Made by a program: the position numbers and the translations under genes. Below the pieces are notes generated by a model. That model searched no databases and was not told the origin of the DNA. It saw nothing but the letters and a program-made list of their open reading frames with translations. From positions 1-28,528 of the forward strand of contig CASECH010000157.1 of NCBI GenBank assembly GCA_949286405.1: a DNA stretch of 28,528 nucleotides, read 5' to 3'. How positions within the stretch are numbered: position 1 is the stretch's first letter; the number at the start of each line of letters is the position of its first letter. Below, in pieces: positions 9,374 through 18,223 of this stretch. Source of the stretch: an uncultured bacterium. GTDB taxonomy: Bacteria > Cyanobacteriota > Vampirovibrionia > Gastranaerophilales > Gastranaerophilaceae.

Positions 9374-9508
9374 TTTATCTCCCTCCAATTGATTTAAAGC
9401 TTATCACAAAAAATTGTATTTGTTAATTTATATTAATATTTGGCAAAAAATAATATTTTTAGTTTTAAAATATTACGGTAAATATACATTAGAATTGGAA
9501 AGTGAGAT

Positions 9509-11728
9509 ATGAAAATAAATTCAATACCCCAAGTTTTGTTAATTAACTCAAAGTTATCCTGTTTGGGGACTAAATATTCCGTGAATGAACAATCAGAGTA
9601 TAGAAATTCTAAATATTCATATAATCCTGTTGCTTATCGGGATTATGATGTCAATTTTATGGCCAGATTATTTAGAACTCCTGCGAATTTTTATGAGCAA
9701 GAGTTTAACAAAAACGGTATGCCAAAAACTATGAAAAATTATTTGGAAGCTGATTTTGAAGATAGGCAAAATATGCCTCCAGCACAAATGATGCGTCTTG
9801 TATTTGGTGATATAAATCTAAATGAGGTAAAATCTCTTGAACAAGTAAAAGCGATTTATCCAAATGAACCTTTATTCAATAATTTACGGGATGTGCCAAA
9901 TAGGAATTCAAGAACAGGTGTTATTGCTGAAATTGATTTAATGAGAGAAGATAATAAATCGTTATTTAAAAATGGACAAGATAATTTAGGACTATACCTT
10001 CTTAGGAAAATTTATTTGGAAGGTAAAACATTAAAAGAAATAAATAAAGATTTTCAAAAAGATATTTCAGTATACTATAAAGGATTAAGTCCTATTAAAT
10101 ATGTAACTTTGTCTGCTTATGGTATTAAATTCCCTAACAATGCTTTTTGGAAGTCTTTTACTGCTACAAGACAAGATTTCCCTTATGAATATAAACCTCG
10201 TAAAAGTTTTGTTTCTGAATCTGTTCTGCATAATCTTTCTCCAAAGAAACATAGTACAGAAATCCATAAAATAGATAAAAAGTTTGGCAAAGTTAAAGAT
10301 TGGGAAATTGATAAAATTGCTAATGCTATGATTTTAGGTATTGGTAGTGAAGAAGAGACAAGAAAACACATAAAAAAATACAATATACAAGATAAAGAGT
10401 CTTTAAATTTTGTTGCAAAATATATGAGTGAGATAAATTCTGTTGTATTGGAAAAAGTTCATGCTTCTGATGAAATGAAAGAATTTTACGAAAATTTTGA
10501 TAATTTATCGAATTCACAACGTAATATATTTAGAGCTTATTGGAATAGCAATCCACAAATTAAAGAAAATAGATCTTTGGTAATGAAAGATACAATAAAA
10601 CTATTTATGGATTTATATGGTGTAGATGGTAATAATGAAGAGTTTAAAGCTCTTTTAGATTATGCACATGGTATTAAGCCTGCCAGACTTGAACAGCAAA
10701 AAATACATGATCAAATTCAAGCGGAATATGATGAAATGTTTGCTAAATTAGGATTAGTTGATGACATTGATAATAACATTGATAATGAAATGTTAAAGGA
10801 AAATGAACTTAGTGAAATTAAATCACATAAGAAATTAGATCCGTATACCATCATTCCTGAAAAGCATGAAATTGTTTATAACGGTGATTTAGATTCTGAT
10901 TTCAGTAATCTTTTGAAAGAACAGATGAAATTTATTCCTGAGGCTTTTTCAATGAGATACTCAAAATATTTTTTAACAAGTCCGAGTGTTACTGATAAAT
11001 ATAAACTGTCTGCACTCATAGGAGCTGATTTACCCGAAGAATATAAAGATTTGGTGTATTCGGAAAAAGAATTTTATGATATTTCTTTGAATATTAATAG
11101 ATCTTTTACTTTAAAATATCCAAAGGTAATTGCTGCTTGTAATCAAGCTATGTTCGATTTACTTGCAGAAGTTGATCCTGAAAAGGCTTTTCATATTGAA
11201 ACACTCGATACCGATGTGTTAGCTAAGGCTATAAGTACTTCTTTGGGAGATGATTTATCTCCAAAACAGGCGAAAGAATTAAATAATGATTACTTGGCTT
11301 ATTTGAGACCAATAACTTCAAAAGAAGAAATCAATAAAATTAATGATATAATCACTGATTTTGTTGTTAATTCTGATTCAAATTTAATTTATGACAATCC
11401 GGAATTATCACCTTTAGTGAAATTGTTAAGAGCCAACATAAAAACTAATCCTAAATTGAGAAAAGATTTTGTTAAGTTACTTAAGTATTCAAATTTTATT
11501 GAAAATTATGGTGCTTCAGCTAGAGTATTATTAAAAAATGGAATAAGTGATGATGTTAAAAATGCAAAAATTGAGCTAATGATTGGTGATTTAATGTTAA
11601 TCGGATCAGAAGCTGCAATTGTTGATATTCTATCTGATAATTTATACAATCTTGAAACCATAATGAAACCTGCAAATAGTGAATTGTATTATTTGTTAAA
11701 ACAAAAATATTATAATAAAATAAGATAG
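9509..11728 (+). CDS. Hypothetical 739-aa protein, largely helical, possible DNA-binding elements
   Basis: Long ORF with its own terminator. No signal peptide or TM segment. No recognisable full domain. HTH-like KIYLEGKTLKEINKDF segment. Confidence 0.7.
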   Translation: MKINSIPQVLLINSKLSCLGTKYSVNEQSEYRNSKYSYNPVAYRDYDVNFMARLFRTPANFYEQEFNKNGMPKTMKNYLEADFEDRQNMPPAQMMRLVFGDINLNEVKSLEQVKAIYPNEPLFNNLRDVPNRNSRTGVIAEIDLMREDNKSLFKNGQDNLGLYLLRKIYLEGKTLKEINKDFQKDISVYYKGLSPIKYVTLSAYGIKFPNNAFWKSFTATRQDFPYEYKPRKSFVSESVLHNLSPKKHSTEIHKIDKKFGKVKDWEIDKIANAMILGIGSEEETRKHIKKYNIQDKESLNFVAKYMSEINSVVLEKVHASDEMKEFYENFDNLSNSQRNIFRAYWNSNPQIKENRSLVMKDTIKLFMDLYGVDGNNEEFKALLDYAHGIKPARLEQQKIHDQIQAEYDEMFAKLGLVDDIDNNIDNEMLKENELSEIKSHKKLDPYTIIPEKHEIVYNGDLDSDFSNLLKEQMKFIPEAFSMRYSKYFLTSPSVTDKYKLSALIGADLPEEYKDLVYSEKEFYDISLNINRSFTLKYPKVIAACNQAMFDLLAEVDPEKAFHIETLDTDVLAKAISTSLGDDLSPKQAKELNNDYLAYLRPITSKEEINKINDIITDFVVNSDSNLIYDNPELSPLVKLLRANIKTNPKLRKDFVKLLKYSNFIENYGASARVLLKNGISDDVKNAKIELMIGDLMLIGSEAAIVDILSDNLYNLETIMKPANSELYYLLKQKYYNKIR

Positions 11729-11756
11729 AACGATATATATCTGATTGCATTTAAAA

Positions 11757-11793
11757 TAAAAAACACCACCTATTAATTTGGTGGTGTTTTTTA
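11757..11793. terminator. Bidirectional intrinsic terminator between the 739-aa ORF and pnp
   Basis: 14-bp inverted repeat TAAAAAACACCACC/GGTGGTGTTTTTTA, giving T-tracts on both strands. Confidence 0.9.
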
Positions 11794-11809
11794 TGGTTAA
11801 TTTTAACCT

Positions 11810-13951
11810 CTAGTTTAATTGAGCTTTTTCTTCTTCGGTTACCCCTTTAATTGTTAGGTTAACCCTACCCTTATCATCAATTTTTATAACCTTAACTATT
11901 ACTTCATCTCCGATATGTAGGTGTGGTTCTATCGCATCAATTCTTTCCTTACATACTTGTGATATGTGTACCATACCATCTTTGCCCGGAGCTAATTCTA
12001 CAAAAGCACCTATTGGAATAATTCTAACAACTTTTCCTTTTAGTACCATTCCTTCTTGTGCTTTGAACGTTAATTCTTTAATCATTCTTTTTGCAATTTC
12101 AGCACCTTCTTGGTCATTAGATGTTATAGTTACTACTCCTGAATCTTGGATATCAATTTCAGCACCTGAAGCATCAATAATTGCTCTAATTTGTTTTCCG
12201 CCAGGTCCTATTACTGTTCCGATATCTTCTGAAGGAATTGTCATCGTTGTAATGCTTGGTGCAAATGGAGATAAGTGGTCTGCAGGTTCAGTAATTGCTT
12301 TTCTCATTTCTCCAAGAATATGTAATCTTCCTTCTTTAGCTTGTTGAAGAGCTCTTCTTAGTGTATCGTTTGCAATACCTTTTGCTTTCATATCCATTTG
12401 CAAAGCAGTAATTCCTGTATCGTTACCGGTTACTTTAAAGTCCATATCACCTAAAAAGTCTTCGATTCCTTGAATATCGGTTAGTACAACAGGTTCTTTA
12501 CCTTCTTCTGTAATCATACCCATTGCGACACCACCAATCATACATTTTACCGGAACACCTGCATTCATAAGTGCCATAGAAGAACCGCAAGTTGATGCCA
12601 TTGATGTAGAACCATTTGATTCTAATACATCTGATGTTACACGGATTGTATATCCGAATTCTTCTTGAGATGGAAGTGCAGGAACATTTGCACGTTCAGC
12701 AAGGTTACCGTGTCCTACTTCTCTTCTTCCTGGACCTCTTAGAGGTTTTACTTCCCCTACAGAAAATCCTGGAAATATGTATTTATGCATATAAGTTTTT
12801 TCTGTTTCAGGATCAACTCCGTCCAGTTCTTGTTTCATTCCAGGACCTGCAAGAGTTGCTACAGATAATACTTGAGTTTGTCCTCTTGTAAATACAGCTG
12901 AACCGTGTGCTCTTGGAATAACTCCTACTTCACACCAGATAGGACGTACTTCGTGAGGCTTTCTTCCATCAGCTCTTACGCCTTCATCAAGAATCATTGT
13001 ACGCATAATTTTCTTTTCTGCATTTTTGAATTCTTCTGCAACAAAGTCAATGCCTGTTTCTTCCATTATTTTTTTGCTATAATCATCATCTGGTAGGGCA
13101 TCGATTCTTTCTTTGACAAGTTTTTTTGCTTCTTCAAGTTTTTCTTGTCTGTATTTTCTATCAAAATTATGATATGCATCAAAAATCATATCATGAGCTG
13201 TCTCATTTATTATGTTTTTAATCGCTGTTGTATCGTAAGGGTTTACAAATACTTCTTTTTCTACTCCGCATTCTTTTGCAAATGCTTCTTGAGCTTCACA
13301 TTGTTTTTTGATTTCAACTTGTGCAAATTCTACAGCAGCCATGATATCGTCTTCTGTCACGAATTTACATCCAGCTTCAACCATAATTACTGAATCATGA
13401 GTACCTGCTACCACAATATCAAGATCTGACTTATCAGCTTGTTGGTGTGTAGGGTTTGCAATTAAGTTGCCATTTTCGTCTTTTGATACTCTTACTGCAC
13501 CGATAGGTCCTTCAAATGGTGCACCTGAAAGCATTAAAGCACAAGATGCTCCTAACATTGCAAGTGTGTCAGGTTGGTTTTGTTGATCATAGCTGAATAA
13601 TTGAGCTACGATTTGAATATCGTTTCTATATCCTTTAGGGAATAATGGTCTTATTGGTCTGTCAATCAATCTTGAAACAAGGATTGCTTTATCACTTGCT
13701 TTACCTTCTGAGCGGTTATAGCCACCAGGAATACGACCAATGGCAGACATTCTTTCTTCGTAATCAATTAACAGTGGAAAAAAGTCAATCCCTACGCGTG
13801 GTTCTTTTGATACGCAGCAGTGAACGAACAACATTGTATCGCCACATCTTACTGTTACAGAACCATTTGTAGATTGAGCGTATTTACCTGTTTCTACGGT
13901 AACAGTTTTTCCACCGATTTCAATTTTAAATTTTTTTGTTTCCGGTATCAT
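11810..13951 (-). CDS. pnp: Polyribonucleotide nucleotidyltransferase (PNPase)
   Basis: DFFPLLIDYEER, SRLIDRPIRPLFP, FTRGQTQ, RREVGHGNLAERA, VLESNGSTSMASTCG, TDIQGIEDFLGDMDFKVTG, KH (IGPGGKQIR) and S1 (GMVHISQ) domains. Start at ATG 13951 after AAAGGT. Confidence 0.98.
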   Translation of the reverse strand: MIPETKKFKIEIGGKTVTVETGKYAQSTNGSVTVRCGDTMLFVHCCVSKEPRVGIDFFPLLIDYEERMSAIGRIPGGYNRSEGKASDKAILVSRLIDRPIRPLFPKGYRNDIQIVAQLFSYDQQNQPDTLAMLGASCALMLSGAPFEGPIGAVRVSKDENGNLIANPTHQQADKSDLDIVVAGTHDSVIMVEAGCKFVTEDDIMAAVEFAQVEIKKQCEAQEAFAKECGVEKEVFVNPYDTTAIKNIINETAHDMIFDAYHNFDRKYRQEKLEEAKKLVKERIDALPDDDYSKKIMEETGIDFVAEEFKNAEKKIMRTMILDEGVRADGRKPHEVRPIWCEVGVIPRAHGSAVFTRGQTQVLSVATLAGPGMKQELDGVDPETEKTYMHKYIFPGFSVGEVKPLRGPGRREVGHGNLAERANVPALPSQEEFGYTIRVTSDVLESNGSTSMASTCGSSMALMNAGVPVKCMIGGVAMGMITEEGKEPVVLTDIQGIEDFLGDMDFKVTGNDTGITALQMDMKAKGIANDTLRRALQQAKEGRLHILGEMRKAITEPADHLSPFAPSITTMTIPSEDIGTVIGPGGKQIRAIIDASGAEIDIQDSGVVTITSNDQEGAEIAKRMIKELTFKAQEGMVLKGKVVRIIPIGAFVELAPGKDGMVHISQVCKERIDAIEPHLHIGDEVIVKVIKIDDKGRVNLTIKGVTEEEKAQLN

Positions 13952-14078
13952 AATTACCTTTTCTTTCTCGCACTTCCTGTGCGTTTTAGTTATACACTTC
14001 CTTTGTTCTTTTTGATTATACCGCAAACAAGATAATTTTTGTAGTTTTACAATATTTTTATGTACTTAAGTGAACATT

Positions 14079-14108
14079 AAAAAAAGCCCTTTAGGGGGGG
14101 GCTTTTCT
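14079..14108 (-). terminator. Intrinsic terminator after the 14130 ORF
   Basis: Minus strand AAAAGCCC-loop-GGGCTTTT followed by further Ts. Confidence 0.75.
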
Positions 14109-14129
14109 AGTTTATATAGACTGTTTTGT

Positions 14130-14426
14130 TTAAAAATGCATATCAAATGAAGGAGGCATTCCATTTATTTTTTCATCTTCCATACGCATTGCAGAGCCTA
14201 TTGTGAAACTTTCTGCATAGATTTTATTGATTTGGAAGTTGATATCTCCGTTGAAGACATTTTCGTTTTCTTCAAGGAAATCAAACAGTGGTTCTGTTGG
14301 ACTTTTAATTATATTACCAAGTGTGTTACCGGCAAGTTTCATAGTATGCTCGCCGATTTCAGGCACTTTTACATTCATTCCGAATGGTTTGTATGGTCTG
14401 TTAAATGATGCACCTGTATCTGCCAT
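14130..14426 (-). CDS. Small hypothetical protein (about 98 aa)
   Basis: ORF MADTGASF...PPSFDMHF directly followed by a terminator. ATG 14426 chosen over 14459. No family recognised. Confidence 0.6.
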   Translation of the reverse strand: MADTGASFNRPYKPFGMNVKVPEIGEHTMKLAGNTLGNIIKSPTEPLFDFLEENENVFNGDINFQINKIYAESFTIGSAMRMEDEKINGMPPSFDMHF

Positions 14427-14528
14427 TTTAAATAAAATCCCTATTTTTACTAAGTACATTTATTTAATCGGTAGTAAGGAGCAAAAAGTTTAATATATTA
14501 TTGTTTTTGTTTTACAATTTGTAATAAT

Positions 14529-16031
14529 TTATTCTTTGGTATATTTCATTCCGGTTAATTTTATTTTTATTCCGGTTTGCTCAAAATAGTTTTTTGCCAT
14601 ATTTATTACTGAACTTGCAGATAACGAGCCTTCATTTACATCTTGTATTAAGGTTTTAAAATATTTTTTACCGGCTTCTTTACTGAATGGAAAGTTTACG
14701 TTTTTAATGTTTTTACTGCCATGCAAAAAGTTGCACCAACCATGTGCGAGTGCCCAATTGTCAATGTTATTAGTTCCTCTTTTTATTTTACTATTTTTAT
14801 CTAAGTTTTTATTTAGTTGTTTTATTTCTTTATCTGAAGTGTTTCTTAGTATTGGGGTTATGTGTTCCAATGTTACCAGAGAATCTTCAAGCATCTTGGT
14901 AATTATTGTATCAGTCGATTCATTTTGGTATTTTACAATAAATGCATCCATACTATCCAAGGATGTAGGAAATTTATTGATAATATTTTCAAATTTATTT
15001 ATTATTTTTTTATCTTGTACATTTTCAAGAATTTCATACAATTTATAGATGAATGCTTTATTACTGAATTGAACGAGGGCTGGTACGCCAAGGATTTTAT
15101 TTTTCGTCATATCGCACAATTTTACAATTGAAGGGTTATTATTATTTGTCGCAAGTTGTGAGATTTTATTTAATAAGATTATTTTTAATTTATCTTTTGC
15201 CTCATTGTCATAAGGCGATATGTAATTCCCTTTTTGTTTTGGATTAATTTTAGCTTGTTGATAAACCTTTTTTAGCCATTTTTCTGGAAGGTATGATTCA
15301 GCTTCTTTAAATATCGGGTGCGTTAATATTTGAGCTGTTTTTAAAATTTCTTCTTTTTCTTTTAGAGGTAAAGTTTTTGCAAGATTATTGAGTTGATAAT
15401 AAAATTCTTTAGCACTGTATTCACTTACATAGGGAATTTTTTTGATTCTATATATACTGTGATTGATTAAAATATCAAGGTCTTTGTGTAGTTCTAATGG
15501 TAGTTCTGACTTTAGATTTTTAATGTTATGTAATAAAAAGAATTGTTTATTAAGTAATCTTTTTTCTGCAGGGGGAGTCATTTTATTTAGTACATATTTT
15601 AAATTCGTATTAGGATATGCCTTACTGTAATTTTTAATTTGCTCAATTAACTTAACTCTTTCTGGAGGTAAATAATCTTTAAAATGAAGCATTACTCTTG
15701 AAAAAAGTTCACTATTAGATGCAAGGCGTCTGGAAATAGTTTTGAACATATCAAGTTCATTTTGCATGAACATTGATCCTCCGCACCATATGCAACATAG
15801 ATGTCCATTTTTGGCTAGTTGTTTAAATTCATTTTTATTTGTTATTATGTGAGAAAAATTTCCGTTGAAGTTTATATTATAATCCCCAATATTATTGGCA
15901 TATTGGGGTGAAAGATTTGATGGAGCAGAATATTTCAACATTCCCTTTGAGACTTTTTTTGAGTCAATTAATTCATTTTTATTTTTTATTACGAATGTTG
16001 TTGGTAAAATCCTCATATGATTAGAATACAT
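14529..16031 (-). CDS. Split-HNH endonuclease-like protein, paralog 1 (500 aa)
   Basis: CIWCG at aa 80-84, then TLEHITP (E389-H390)...GTNNIDNWALAHGWCNFLHGS. Homologous to the adjacent ORF. Start may be ATG 16016. Confidence 0.75.
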   Translation of the reverse strand: MYSNHMRILPTTFVIKNKNELIDSKKVSKGMLKYSAPSNLSPQYANNIGDYNINFNGNFSHIITNKNEFKQLAKNGHLCCIWCGGSMFMQNELDMFKTISRRLASNSELFSRVMLHFKDYLPPERVKLIEQIKNYSKAYPNTNLKYVLNKMTPPAEKRLLNKQFFLLHNIKNLKSELPLELHKDLDILINHSIYRIKKIPYVSEYSAKEFYYQLNNLAKTLPLKEKEEILKTAQILTHPIFKEAESYLPEKWLKKVYQQAKINPKQKGNYISPYDNEAKDKLKIILLNKISQLATNNNNPSIVKLCDMTKNKILGVPALVQFSNKAFIYKLYEILENVQDKKIINKFENIINKFPTSLDSMDAFIVKYQNESTDTIITKMLEDSLVTLEHITPILRNTSDKEIKQLNKNLDKNSKIKRGTNNIDNWALAHGWCNFLHGSKNIKNVNFPFSKEAGKKYFKTLIQDVNEGSLSASSVINMAKNYFEQTGIKIKLTGMKYTKE

Positions 16032-16072
16032 CTGATAAAATTTTTTTGTTAATATGTTAAAAATTTGTTACG

Positions 16073-17047
16073 TTATTCATCAAGTTTTGAAATATCTATG
16101 TCAATTTGTTTGTTGGAAAGCTGATATAGTATATTTTTGAGATTTTTTATGTATTCTTTACTTCCTATGTTTTTTCTGCATAGCGAAATTAATTTATCAG
16201 CTTGTAGTTGTGCATTAGCTGGCATATATGGATTTTCTTCTATTTGTACAGGTATAGGGAAATGATGTCGAGAATTGTTGCAGTATGAACATTCAAGTGC
16301 GAAGTTAAGAGAGTTATTTGGTCCTTTTTGGCTTTTTGGAAGTAGATGCTCAAATGTTCCAACTGCCGGATGAATAAGGTTTAGAGCGATAACTTCCGGT
16401 TTTTTTCGTGCATTTTTTACAACAAAAGCACAGACTTCATCACTTGAACGAGGGAGTCTGCGTGCAATTTCTATTATTTCGTGTTTTATTTTTTTGTTGT
16501 TTAAATTTTTCAGAATATGTTTTATTTTTGATATAAATATTCTTCTGCTGAAAGGTTTTTTTGGTTGTGGGTCAAATATTATATCATTTGTTTTTATCAT
16601 CAGGTTTCGGAGCTTTTTTGATTCTTTTTCCGGTAGAATTCTTCTGTAAAAGCTTATTTTATTAAATATTATGCTCTGAATTCTTACTAGTGCTAATTCA
16701 TGTACATCTTTTTTTAGAAGGAGTAGTTGTTGAAAATTTCTGTTAGGGTATTTTATGGACAGGTTTCTAAGCATATTAAATACTTGTCTTTCAACTGGGT
16801 ACATTATTTTTTCATATGGTTCAAGTATTTGGATAACAAGTTCGGATGGGCCTGATAGTTCTTTTAGGTGAATAAGTTTGAGGTATTCCTCTGGGTGTAG
16901 CATTTCTCGTCCACAGCACAGGCATGGAATGCGAAAATTAAGTAAATTTTTTAGTTCTCGTCGAGTAAGAGGAATATTCTCGCTTGAGCATTTGAATACT
17001 ATATTTTCTTTTTTTACAATCTTTTTCACCATAAAATCCCGCACCAA
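16073..17047 (-). CDS. Split-HNH endonuclease-like protein, paralog 2 (324 aa)
   Basis: CLCCG at aa 42-46, then TFEHLLPKSQKGPNNSLNFALECSYCNNSR (aa 231-260), a canonical HNH/McrA-type catalytic half. Likely start ATG 17032. Confidence 0.8.
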   Translation of the reverse strand: MVRDFMVKKIVKKENIVFKCSSENIPLTRRELKNLLNFRIPCLCCGREMLHPEEYLKLIHLKELSGPSELVIQILEPYEKIMYPVERQVFNMLRNLSIKYPNRNFQQLLLLKKDVHELALVRIQSIIFNKISFYRRILPEKESKKLRNLMIKTNDIIFDPQPKKPFSRRIFISKIKHILKNLNNKKIKHEIIEIARRLPRSSDEVCAFVVKNARKKPEVIALNLIHPAVGTFEHLLPKSQKGPNNSLNFALECSYCNNSRHHFPIPVQIEENPYMPANAQLQADKLISLCRKNIGSKEYIKNLKNILYQLSNKQIDIDISKLDE

Positions 17048-17119
17048 AATATTTCTAATTATGTTATTCCCATAATTAGAAAGTTTGTAATATCTGGTTA
17101 GAAAAGATTTTATTCTAAA

Positions 17120-17737
17120 TTATCCCATCGGAGGTGGTTGAATGTATAATGGCTTGAGTTTTCTCCAATTACATTCATCTGTTTTAGATTTTTTGATAGC
17201 AAGATCTGCTAAAATTTCTCCAAGAGGGTAGTCTTTGGCTTGATATGATATGCCTCCTAGAATTGGTTGCAATTTATTATCTGTAATTACAAAATAATCT
17301 TTGCTATTTATTATGTTTTTTACTTCGTCAAGTTTTACAGCTCCTTTTATTTCTTTGTTTACAAGAAGATATGCAGAGTCTTTTCTTGCATCAAGTGCAA
17401 CAAGGGTCGGTTTTTGTGTGTCATTAATTTGTTCAAGTATTTCAAGAGAAGATATTCCTATCGCTTTAATATCAAGTTGCTGTGCCATAACTCTTGCAAC
17501 TGTTGTACAAGCTCTGATTCCTGTAAAACTTCCTGGCCCGATGTTTACAGCTATTAAATCTAAATCTTGAGGTTTTATATTGTTGGTTTTCATAACTGAT
17601 TGCAGTGTAGATATTAAAAACGCTGAATGGTATTTTGAATCAGTATTTTCTACTACTTTTGAAGATAAAACAGTGTCATCTTTTTTGAGTGTGACGTACA
17701 TTTTATCTAAACAGGTATCAAAGCATATTAGTAGCAT
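17120..17737 (-). CDS. tsaB: tRNA threonylcarbamoyladenosine biosynthesis protein TsaB
   Basis: CFDTC, HSAFLI, DLIAVNIGPGSFTGIR, GISSLE, LDARKD, LKPLYI. Overlaps tsaE. Confidence 0.92.
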   Translation of the reverse strand: MLLICFDTCLDKMYVTLKKDDTVLSSKVVENTDSKYHSAFLISTLQSVMKTNNIKPQDLDLIAVNIGPGSFTGIRACTTVARVMAQQLDIKAIGISSLEILEQINDTQKPTLVALDARKDSAYLLVNKEIKGAVKLDEVKNIINSKDYFVITDNKLQPILGGISYQAKDYPLGEILADLAIKKSKTDECNWRKLKPLYIQPPPMG

Positions 17738-18204
17738 TTACTTAACTCCTTGATTATATTATCCTTATCTTCTCCTACAAATGAAAAAGTGTATATTCTT
17801 GATTCATCTTCATCTGAGTAGGTTACGTTAATTTTTAGATGATTAAACGGAACTTCATCTTGAGAAAATTCTGCCCATTCCACAAATGTTATTTGCTTAC
17901 CTTCAGAATATTCTCTAAGTTCATCTACAATGGTTTTTACTCCTTCGTTTTCAAGTCTGTATAAGTCAAAATGGTATACAGGAATAGAGCCTGTATGATA
18001 TTCATTAAGTATTACAAAACTTGGGCTTGTTACTTTTTCTTTTATACCAAGAGCTTCAGCTACTAGCTTTACAAAGGCAGTTTTACCTGCACCTATTTCT
18101 CCATATAAGTTTATGAAGCATCCATTATCAATTAATTTTGCAAAATTGTATGCCAGTTCTTTTGTATCATCAAGAGTATTACAAACTTTTTCAAATGAAT
18201 TCAT
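17728..18204 (-). CDS. tsaE: tRNA threonylcarbamoyladenosine biosynthesis ATPase TsaE
   Basis: LYGEIGAGKTAFVK, VTSPSFVILNEY, HFDLYRL, VEWAE. Confidence 0.95.
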   Translation of the reverse strand: MNSFEKVCNTLDDTKELAYNFAKLIDNGCFINLYGEIGAGKTAFVKLVAEALGIKEKVTSPSFVILNEYHTGSIPVYHFDLYRLENEGVKTIVDELREYSEGKQITFVEWAEFSQDEVPFNHLKINVTYSDEDESRIYTFSFVGEDKDNIIKELSKCY

Positions 18205-18223
18205 AACTATTTCCTTACAAATT

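Noticed and set aside
14094-14101. G8 homopolymer as a phase-variation tract
   Set aside because: It is intergenic and part of a terminator hairpin, not in a CDS or promoter spacer. Its length may also be a sequencing artefact.
14460-17119. CRISPR array or guide ncRNA associated with the HNH proteins
   Set aside because: Flanking intergenic gaps are only about 40-100 nt, AT-rich, with no direct repeats or stable stems. No RuvC motifs are seen in the proteins.
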